A DNA stretch of 64,000 nt from a virus, in the IMG/VR virus record IMGVR_UViG_3300012982_000018, positions 2,423 through 66,422 of that record. One strand, written 5' to 3'. The notes beneath the pieces were generated by a model, which searched no databases, was not told the origin of the DNA, and was given only the letters and a program-made list of their open reading frames with translations. Shown here in pieces: positions 57,201-64,000 of the stretch. The translations under genes and the position numbers were made by a program. How positions within the stretch are numbered: the stretch's first letter is position 1; every line of letters begins with the position of its first letter.

Positions 57201-60200
57201 CTTCTCTCCGGCAAGCGCCGCTAGTACTGTTGGATGGTTAGACCACCAGTGCGCTCCCCCCGGATAGGCCTTCTCTACCTCGGCCCTTGCGTTGGCTAAC
57301 TTTGCATCCGCATTACTGTCTTTAGTGACAAAATTACCATACGCAGCCTCCTCCTTAGCATAGGTATCCCCATATTTTTCATCCAAGTAGTATTTTAGCT
57401 TAGCCCAAGTGCTTGGGGATTTAGAAGAGATTTCCCGCCGATAGATCCACAGAAGAAAGTCCTCAGGATGCATCGTGTCTCCGATGTCCGCCTGAGTGAA
57501 GGACTTTATGGTACTGGGAGATCCTATCTGATAGGCGTCGGCACCTTTGCCTCCGGATAGGAACGGGCTAACCGATCCTTTCGTTACCGGCGGAGCCTCT
57601 CCTGCGATCGCCGCTTTGATGACAGGGTGCGTGGTGTACCAATCAGCACCATACGCGTTTTCCATTTCGGATAGGGCCTTCACCAAATCCTTCCCCGGGA
57701 CACCTGGGTTATCTCCCTTGAGAAGCACATTATCGCCGTACTTCTGCTTCATGTACGCCATGAGAGCGTCGTACATTTTATCGGCTTTCTGCTCCCCGAA
57801 CTGAGAGCCCCACTTTCCATAAAGCTGGTGGCGTTGGATGAGTATCGTGTAGTCTTCGGGGTGCATCCCTCCAATCTTGTCTACAGGCAGTGCGGTAACC
57901 TTCGACGGGGCGCCCGGAATGATGTCCTTCGCTGTCGGCGCAGGAAGCTCCTTGCCAACCATATCGGATAGGGCCGCTTGAATCGTCGGATGCTTCAGCT
58001 CCCATTCATGCCCGTACGCCGCCGCAAGCTCCTCGTACCCCTTATCCAAGGTCTTACTGAAAGACGTAGAGCCCATCTTCGAGCCGAGAAAGGCTTGCAT
58101 CGCATCTCGGTCCTCAATCCAGGAGGCCCCGTACTTATGGGCCATAAATGCATGAACCTTTGTAACCATGTCAAAAGACTTAGAGGAACCAAAAGTGTCC
58201 TTCCAAGTCTGCCTAATAAGAGGCAGTTTTGAGATGATGACAAAATCCTCAGGACTGAATTTGCCGGTATCCTTTTGCTTGAATGCTGTAATCTTCGACG
58301 GCTCGGGTATAGAAGTCTCGTTCGATTGCTTTGAGATCTCCGAATCCTTCTCAGCCTTCGCGATCTGATACTTAGCCAGATGCGGAGCTAACATCGGCAG
58401 AAGAGTTGCCCAACCTTCGCCGTATTTTTTCTCTAGAGTTTTTATCGCACTCGCTGCCTTAGCGTAATCAAGGCCTCCTTGCTTAGGATGCACATGGTTA
58501 GCCACAGCATCATAGATCTTTCCCGCCTCATAGTAGTCTATTCCTAAGGCATATAAGAGACTGTTTGGAATACTCGTACTCGCATAGCAAAAGAGAGCTT
58601 CTTCCGGAGAGACGCCCGACACTGTTGGCTTTATCAGTTGCTCGATATCCGCCAAGATTGCGGGCTTGCTCATCTCTGCGGGAGATGAGGCCGCAGCTTT
58701 TGGTGTAGCAGTCGCCGCCTTAGGGTCTTCGCCAGCGTATGCGGCCTTGAGCGTCGGGTGCGTCTCCGCCCATGCTGTTCCATACCCAGAAACTAGCTGA
58801 TCGTATACCTTATTTCTCAGCAAGTAGTAGTGGTGCTTACTTAGCGAAGCGGCCAGCTTCTCATCGATATCTTTCCACTTATCTTGCCAGCCTTCTCCGT
58901 ACTTCTTAGCCATGTACGCAAGAAGCTCTTTCACTCTATGGTTCGCAAACGTAAGCCCAGCTTTCGCTTTGAAGTGTTTGCGAATCATCATTATGTTATC
59001 GACGAGTGCGTAGTCTTCTTGTGAAAACGGTCCTAGATCCTGACCACCTAGCGCTGTTACAGCTGTAGGCTCCCCTTGTGCGGCGGGCTCTTCTGGGGTG
59101 GAGGTTGGTTCCGATTTAGCGGTCTTTAGTGCGTCAATGCCTGCCTTTACTGTAGGAACCTTTATGAACCAATTGGGGTCGCCTTCCGCATTGTACTTCT
59201 TCTTTAACCAATTTTGCCAGTCTTCAATATGCTTATTCCAACCTACAGTATCCAAAAGAGAGGTTAGTGTTTTGTTGTAATAGGAGAGAAGGCCCGCCCC
59301 GTACTTCTTCTTCATGTAGTCCTGAATGGCGGACTTCAACTCAATTTCGCCTACACCGTTCTCATCCGCAGCTTTGTCCAGCCAAGGCCCTGCAATACCA
59401 AGAACCGCATCGTCCATGTCGATCCCATGGTAATCGAAGTCCTTAGGGAAGAAGGGCGGCCATTCAGGATCGAACTTATCCGCAGGTTTCTCCGGAGGGT
59501 AGTGAAACGTAAATGTATCAGAATCGCCGTCCTTACTATTAAGGAATCCTTCTTTTTGGAGAGTATCAAGAATATGGTCTTTTAGACCATCGGACCCTAA
59601 CACTTCCTTGTTAAAGACCTTCGCTATGAAGTCTTTATCTACACTCCCGTGTTCCTCTGCGTGTTGTTTGATCCGCTCAACGGCCTTGGCTATCTCTTCG
59701 TTGCCGAAGTCCACCGCATTTGCGGCGGCAATGGCGGCTCCCGAAGGCTTGACCTCGGGCTCGTCCACAGGCTCTAAGCCGGGCCAATACAATTTGTCGC
59801 CTTTCTTGACAATCAAGTCAGTCGCATTCAACGAATCAAAGATCTTATTCGCTTCTTCGGCGGACATCAGTCCGCTCGACTCTGCCAACTTCACAAACAA
59901 GGCATGATCAACACCCTGCTCTGCATTGGCTTTTATAACTCCAAGTACTATCGCTAGTTTGTATTGCTCGCTAGGCTTAACGTTCAAGCCATCAATTACA
60001 TCCTGAACCTCAGGATCGACTTTGGGCGGAGGAGCGAACTTAACTTCTCCGCCTACTAAATGTATGAAACCCGCGGTCTTGAGCTTATCCAGCGCGCCAG
60101 TTACGGCCTTTTCGAACTCAGGGTGTTCTACCGACTCGGGGCTGGAGAACTTCTTGAAAAGGTCAAGGACCTCTTTTTGAGAAAGAGTCTTGCCAGTTTG

Positions 60201-61499
60201 CTGTAGCACCGTAAGAACCTTCGCTACTGTGCCATCCGGTTTCCAATTTAGTTCTTGAGCTATCGCGGCGGCCAGATCCGTTACTTCTTTTTGTTCAGGA
60301 GGAGCTTCTTTCGGTTCTTCGGAGGGCTTCTTATAGCTCCAACCCAGTGCGCTGCCACTCAACACCCCGGAGGCTGCTAATGCGTCGCCAAGTTCGGTGC
60401 TAATGTAGACAAGCTCCGCATCCGGGTCGACATTCGACGCTATATTAAGGACTTGGTGGATTTCTTTCGTAGAGAGAATCACCTCTGGGTTATCTGACAG
60501 ATATTGCAACAACTTAGAGAATGTACCGCCGGCAACCCAACCGGCAGCTATAGCCGCGATTTTGGTCTTATTCGAAGGCAGGGCTTCCCTTACTTTGGTC
60601 GCTATTTTCTCAAGCTTGCCATCGAGTTCCGAAGGTTCTTCCCCTTTTTCAGGTTCCGGTTCCCCTCCCTTCTTCGGCTCTGCCGTCCAATACTTCCACT
60701 TTTGGCCATCATGGACCAGAACACCTGCCTGCTTTAACTCAGGGTCTAGATCTTTAGGGTCATATGGATTCGTTTGATCGACGGCATAGCCCGAAGCTAA
60801 ATTCAAGATTTTATGCAGTTCGTCCGTGCTAAGAGCCAGTTCCGGGTGCTCCGCCCAGAAATGCATCAATTTTGCAAATGTGCCATGCTTTCCCCAATTT
60901 GCAGCCGCTGCCGCATCTTGGGCTCCAAAGCTAATATCATCCGATTTAATCGCCCCGACCTTACTCGCTATACTCGCCAACGACGCATCTGTGGCACTAG
61001 ATTGCGGTTCTTCTCCCTTTTCAGGTTGTTTCTCAGGCTCAGCTTCAGGCTCTTTTTCCGGCTGCTTCTCAGGTTCTGAAGCCTTTGTCTTCTCCGGCTC
61101 GGGTTCGGCTGCCTGCTTCTTCTTACCAGCGATCTTGTCGCCAGGCTTATGACCATAAGGAGCCGTTTCGCCCTTCTTGGTGACTTCCGACGAGTCCGGT
61201 TCTACCTCGACGTGTTCACTTCCAGCAGGTTCTACGTCTTCGGGCTTACCATAGTCCGGTCCAATGTAGCCAATGACCTTGTAGCCCTTCGGCGGTGTAA
61301 TCAGCTCATGATAGTGCTTATGCACCTCCTGATGGCGGATTTGCACCGGTTGAACCTTGGTGGGGTCCGTCTTTCGCCATTTGTATGCGAATACACGCGT
61401 AGGAGTGATCTTGTATATCGCAGCAGCTTCTGCTAAGTAACCCTCATAAATTGAGGGATCTCCTTCCAATAGCAGCGCTTCTTCGTCTATAGGGGTCAT
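54270..61499 (-). CDS. Giant polyvalent-type protein: wHTH array, helical repeats, kinase-like domain, ADP-ribosyltransferase-like domain
   Basis: 2409 aa; WLFKP...HDSHGANLL...VGVDKDQAF kinase pattern; C-terminal FYQ.S...IL.YGL...IYT...SETCF ART pattern. Confidence 0.8.
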   Translation of the reverse strand: MTPIDEEALLLEGDPSIYEGYLAEAAAIYKITPTRVFAYKWRKTDPTKVQPVQIRHQEVHKHYHELITPPKGYKVIGYIGPDYGKPEDVEPAGSEHVEVEPDSSEVTKKGETAPYGHKPGDKIAGKKKQAAEPEPEKTKASEPEKQPEKEPEAEPEKQPEKGEEPQSSATDASLASIASKVGAIKSDDISFGAQDAAAAANWGKHGTFAKLMHFWAEHPELALSTDELHKILNLASGYAVDQTNPYDPKDLDPELKQAGVLVHDGQKWKYWTAEPKKGGEPEPEKGEEPSELDGKLEKIATKVREALPSNKTKIAAIAAGWVAGGTFSKLLQYLSDNPEVILSTKEIHQVLNIASNVDPDAELVYISTELGDALAASGVLSGSALGWSYKKPSEEPKEAPPEQKEVTDLAAAIAQELNWKPDGTVAKVLTVLQQTGKTLSQKEVLDLFKKFSSPESVEHPEFEKAVTGALDKLKTAGFIHLVGGEVKFAPPPKVDPEVQDVIDGLNVKPSEQYKLAIVLGVIKANAEQGVDHALFVKLAESSGLMSAEEANKIFDSLNATDLIVKKGDKLYWPGLEPVDEPEVKPSGAAIAAANAVDFGNEEIAKAVERIKQHAEEHGSVDKDFIAKVFNKEVLGSDGLKDHILDTLQKEGFLNSKDGDSDTFTFHYPPEKPADKFDPEWPPFFPKDFDYHGIDMDDAVLGIAGPWLDKAADENGVGEIELKSAIQDYMKKKYGAGLLSYYNKTLTSLLDTVGWNKHIEDWQNWLKKKYNAEGDPNWFIKVPTVKAGIDALKTAKSEPTSTPEEPAAQGEPTAVTALGGQDLGPFSQEDYALVDNIMMIRKHFKAKAGLTFANHRVKELLAYMAKKYGEGWQDKWKDIDEKLAASLSKHHYYLLRNKVYDQLVSGYGTAWAETHPTLKAAYAGEDPKAATATPKAAASSPAEMSKPAILADIEQLIKPTVSGVSPEEALFCYASTSIPNSLLYALGIDYYEAGKIYDAVANHVHPKQGGLDYAKAASAIKTLEKKYGEGWATLLPMLAPHLAKYQIAKAEKDSEISKQSNETSIPEPSKITAFKQKDTGKFSPEDFVIISKLPLIRQTWKDTFGSSKSFDMVTKVHAFMAHKYGASWIEDRDAMQAFLGSKMGSTSFSKTLDKGYEELAAAYGHEWELKHPTIQAALSDMVGKELPAPTAKDIIPGAPSKVTALPVDKIGGMHPEDYTILIQRHQLYGKWGSQFGEQKADKMYDALMAYMKQKYGDNVLLKGDNPGVPGKDLVKALSEMENAYGADWYTTHPVIKAAIAGEAPPVTKGSVSPFLSGGKGADAYQIGSPSTIKSFTQADIGDTMHPEDFLLWIYRREISSKSPSTWAKLKYYLDEKYGDTYAKEEAAYGNFVTKDSNADAKLANARAEVEKAYPGGAHWWSNHPTVLAALAGEKPKPIGEPSATTPPSAKKSTPSDFNPFLPGETGDFSPEDYALLGNRATVWQHLKKKFGEVKGSEVFVKMMHAMHEKYGADLTDKFNLLKTMNSGDPSSTKWDKVTAALKDAYGPDWVDVHPAVLAAINSKGPVNLPGDLVKDAELATTTGGLPHYKNLSIPDVTKDFTFKKDAKFLGGALQKKIYSDKEGNEWLFKPAIKLSGNSKAFSSDAAEAFSKVALSVLPHHVPIKKVDIEGQIGTIQPMLDLGSPANLANVEPAELTAAERVDVASEHILDWLFSQHDSHGANLLKTKAGHIVGVDKDQAFRYIDTDKLSVDYAPNAEQYGESAPYYNKFWKDWADGKFEFDPSSLAPVIQKIVDLPNKTYEEAVTPYAKSFYKDNIHDQALFIQKAINRKNTIKKDFEKFITDLYKKKTGKNGKFTFTAGWDTGVPKVKTETYTAIQVIGQNGGKTSPFADKSGATDPNKLTIKFPKGHGEKLKKVLEEVGMPNVPIKQGSQYVMAFVDKKAFEAAKLTKEIPQSTSPDYLPSTPDTPLYKPSVAVHAPVKPNASELKKAPEEQLGFLGKHYHIGGAAVEGQVVKAKKFKDSNGKPYLLFAFKLRPEFHPKGATNTILRLPYATYNPSTDTFQEQPGHNLNTSAIKWDHEGSESFFVPSSEKSHAAYIGTVVARIRVPEEGKAIEHLQALLDKMSPGLAKEVMRDPTAEEQAVMKLARLLWDKNPTKSRMLKPADYTVTKLKEYLKDAGTTDEEMNSIETREVLPGHVSHVLPGRWKTLATTKQGKPALRFFYQASGTPSRIVNILRYGLVGIYERTLAGVNAATDTSNAQDISSGGADSIYTKPALEKTAGEGLSNWGPYQFIIPPDEADRLDTYGYEHDAYGAANDFSSYGHNWTKRKPLKELLSKSSSVSETCFRKGIAASRILRVTCQSESNRATLIKVLKEAGLDEVNNVPVEDFVVMATDQSEVYDKYVKPLGY

Positions 61500-61524
61500 T
61501 CAGATTTCTGAAATCCTAGCAGAC

Positions 61525-63672
61525 TTACTCGTCATCCTCAATGGATGCGGAGTCGATTTCGGAATTTTGAAGACCCCCCTCTTCTGCAGTCTCCGCCATA
61601 CGCTTGAGCCGCGTTTCGGCTGTTCCCATATATGCCTTGGTGATGGGCTCCATAAAGTCATTGATGTCCTCTCCAGATTTTCGGCAATATTCAACTACCT
61701 TTTCCATAGCTTTTTTCATGGAGGGACTCATTGAAATATAGATATGATTTTTCCCTCCATGAGAAAATACCATAAAACTTTGGGATACTGTTTCTCCGTA
61801 GCGTTGAAACAGTGATTGGATTATTTTAGAGAGATCTTCTACTGTTTTTACCTCTTTGGCCGCATCATCGAACGCCGCCTGAAGTTCCTTTGGAAGGGCT
61901 TTCTTCATGCCCTTCTTTACACCAGAAACGAGCTTCTGGAAGGCTTTGCTGTCCGAGTAGCCTAATAGCTGCTGCATGGCCTCAGCGCCGTACTTATCCG
62001 CCAATTCGTTGTACAGGCTCAGGAACTTATCCGGGTCCATATCACCGTGTATGACGTTCGCGCGGACACTAGTGAATTTGCAATTAGATACAGCTATACC
62101 GTTCGCAATATAGGTGTGTTGGGGCTCAGTCTCTAGATTATATACCTTTGTTTTCACTAAGATTTTAGTACTGTTTTTAACAGACCGGGCTACTCCGTCT
62201 GCGGACACTTTTCTCTCACAGTCTTTAGCGTACGACCAGGAAATAGTCCAAACATCATTGCGATTTTCTCCCTTTTTTTCTCCTTTTGTAAAGCCTACTC
62301 CACAAGTAAGCCCTAGTGAACTGATCAACCATCTGAGTTGGTAGGCCAATTCTATTGATGTGGTTGTTATAACATTAGCTCCCTGTGACTCAGAGTGCCC
62401 GTCGCCTTCCGCTAGTCCTTGTAGGGCAGCAAGTCTTACTTCGTAGTTGGAATGGAATAATAATTCCTTAGGAAAATGTTTTTCTTTAGTTCTATGACCT
62501 ATTAGATTGGAAAGCCATTCGGAGACTTTTGCTCCAAAGGCACATACTCTAAAAGTATTTGGAGGCGACTCATATAGACTCGTTCTAATTCCTAGGCTTT
62601 CAAAAAACGCCTGTACTCTATGTAGACGCTCAATAAACCCTACTTGACAAACATCAACATCTGCCTCGCCGCTATGCGCTTCGGCGACCAAAAATCCTAT
62701 GACCCACGCAACCTCTGCGGTTATGTGGGCATCTGGAACACCTCTACACCGTTCGCGATATACGCGTTGCCAATCCTCGCCCCACGCCTTCCTAGCTGCA
62801 GCATGCTTGCTGCATAGGCCTCGTCCGCTAACTTGTAAATTACAATCGCTTACCTCGCACTTGTGCTTTCTGCCAGAAAAATATAGTATTCCTGACTCTA
62901 TTGGTGGAAAATCCTTGTTATTTGAACGTTTCCTGTTGTAGTCTCGCAAATAGCACCTATGACATAAACCATGCGCGTATATATCATCGCGACTACATCC
63001 CTTCACACTACAGTTTCCTTGCGTTCCTTCATCCAACATACGAAAAGCAGGAGATAAGTCATGGACCGCAGGTGGTTCGATATTCCCTCTAATAAGCTCA
63101 TAAGGAAAAAGAGCCGGCAAGGGCGAGATAACAACATCTCCGCGCCTAAGGTCCTTGGCAGGTATGAGTGTTTTTTCCCCGTTCGTAATTGTAAATATTC
63201 TATGGGAAGGTGTAACATGTAGGGGCTCGGGGCCGCTCTCGTAACTTAGTACGATAATTTCTCCTTCATAACTTCTTTCCATGACACCAATAACCGTAGC
63301 TTCCTCTCCATCGGTTCCAATTATTTTATCTCCAGACTTTATATTCTCTATGGGCACCCCTCCATTTAGAGTCTCTATTCGTGTGCCAGCAAGAAAACAA
63401 AGGTCCTCGTCCGCCCAACGCGAATCGCTAAGCACCATGCATGGAATTTCCGACAACCCTACAACCTTGGCCGCCTTCCACCGATGTTCTCCTCCGATAA
63501 TCCGATAACGTCCACTATCCAACGGGACCACTTGGATGGGGGCTATAAACCCCACTTCGGAAATCTCATCTACTAATCTATTGAACGCATCCGCGCTCAT
63601 TACGTTAGTGTTCCAATAGCTGGGTTCAAGTAAGTCTACGGATAAGTACTTTAGGTTATTTTGGTCTGACAT
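61525..63672 (-). CDS. ParB/Srx N-terminal-domain protein with an intein (276 aa after splicing)
   Basis: WNTNVM, GFIAPIQV, YRIIGGEHRWKAA; exteins join as DEDL-CKFTSVRANVIHG. Confidence 0.85.
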   Translation of the reverse strand: MSDQNNLKYLSVDLLEPSYWNTNVMSADAFNRLVDEISEVGFIAPIQVVPLDSGRYRIIGGEHRWKAAKVVGLSEIPCMVLSDSRWADEDLCFLAGTRIETLNGGVPIENIKSGDKIIGTDGEEATVIGVMERSYEGEIIVLSYESGPEPLHVTPSHRIFTITNGEKTLIPAKDLRRGDVVISPLPALFPYELIRGNIEPPAVHDLSPAFRMLDEGTQGNCSVKGCSRDDIYAHGLCHRCYLRDYNRKRSNNKDFPPIESGILYFSGRKHKCEVSDCNLQVSGRGLCSKHAAARKAWGEDWQRVYRERCRGVPDAHITAEVAWVIGFLVAEAHSGEADVDVCQVGFIERLHRVQAFFESLGIRTSLYESPPNTFRVCAFGAKVSEWLSNLIGHRTKEKHFPKELLFHSNYEVRLAALQGLAEGDGHSESQGANVITTTSIELAYQLRWLISSLGLTCGVGFTKGEKKGENRNDVWTISWSYAKDCERKVSADGVARSVKNSTKILVKTKVYNLETEPQHTYIANGIAVSNCKFTSVRANVIHGDMDPDKFLSLYNELADKYGAEAMQQLLGYSDSKAFQKLVSGVKKGMKKALPKELQAAFDDAAKEVKTVEDLSKIIQSLFQRYGETVSQSFMVFSHGGKNHIYISMSPSMKKAMEKVVEYCRKSGEDINDFMEPITKAYMGTAETRLKRMAETAEEGGLQNSEIDSASIEDDE
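62083..63399 (-). mobile_element. Intein in the ParB-like protein (439 aa), LAGLIDADG plus two zinc-finger repeats
   Basis: Starts CFLAGT, block B TPSH, VIGFLVAEA and LQGLAEGDG, ends IAVSN, +1 Cys. Confidence 0.9.
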
Positions 63673-64000
63673 GGTTCTCTACTGAAAAGAATTATGTTTC
63701 CTTCCCCCTTTACTCTAACATTTAGACCTAATTCCACAAGATATCTATAGATATCGTAATTGCCTGGATACTTCTGGTCTTCTGCTCTGGCGAAGTTGCC
63801 GGCCGGCATTCGCTTACTTTGCGCGGACATGTAGGCAAGAAGCTCGTTGAAATCAAATTCATTATCGCCTATGGCGGAGATAGCATCATCGACCAGTTCA
63901 CGAAATGTCGGTCCAATACAATATTGGTGTCCCTGACAAAGGGGCAAAACGCGCGCGCGCAACTCAGTCCAAACCGTATCGTGCCCATATTTTTCTCGAA
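63651..64000 (-). CDS. 3' part of a hypothetical gene entering from the right edge
   Basis: Frame open from 63998 (REKYGHDTVWTELRARV...) to the stop at 63651; overlaps the ParB start by 22 nt. Confidence 0.5.
   Translation of the reverse strand, partial: REKYGHDTVWTELRARVLPLCQGHQYCIGPTFRELVDDAISAIGDNEFDFNELLAYMSAQSKRMPAGNFARAEDQKYPGNYDIYRYLVELGLNVRVKGEGNIILFSREPCQTKIT

Noticed and set aside
1-64000. CRISPR array, rRNA, integrase, or alternative genetic code
   Set aside because: No regularly spaced repeats or such genes seen; conserved genes translate intact in the standard code and several end in TAG

Overview
This 64 kb window is a fragment of a large lytic myophage (jumbo-like) genome, read in the standard genetic code. 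Essentially every real gene is on the minus strand. In transcription order (right to left): ParB-like protein, a 2409-aa multidomain protein, family A DNA polymerase, small and large terminase, T4 gp20-like portal, two core-like proteins, gp21-like prohead protease fused to a scaffold-like region, gp23-like major capsid protein, a free-standing LAGLIDADG endonuclease, gp13/gp14-like neck proteins, tail terminator, sheath, two gp19-like tubes, class II ribonucleotide reductase, tail chaperone, tape measure, X/LysM, hub, spike, gp25, baseplate J and fibres. Main points of interest: (1) seven class 1 inteins totalling 8670 nt (about 13.5% of the window), three of them in virion-assembly proteins (gp25 wedge, portal, prohead protease); (2) the 2409-aa polyvalent-type protein, with a winged-helix array, a ~105-aa repeat, a kinase-like domain and an ADP-ribosyltransferase-like domain; (3) one N-terminal module shared by four or five proteins that carry different, partly GC-rich cargo domains, one copy broken by an out-of-frame junction; (4) a -1 slippery site in the tail chaperone; (5) an antisense degenerate tRNA-like element; (6) a homing-endonuclease remnant lacking its catalytic core; (7) repeated intergenic motifs. 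All family assignments come from motifs and gene order read by eye. No database search, alignment or folding program was run, so novelty claims are untested.
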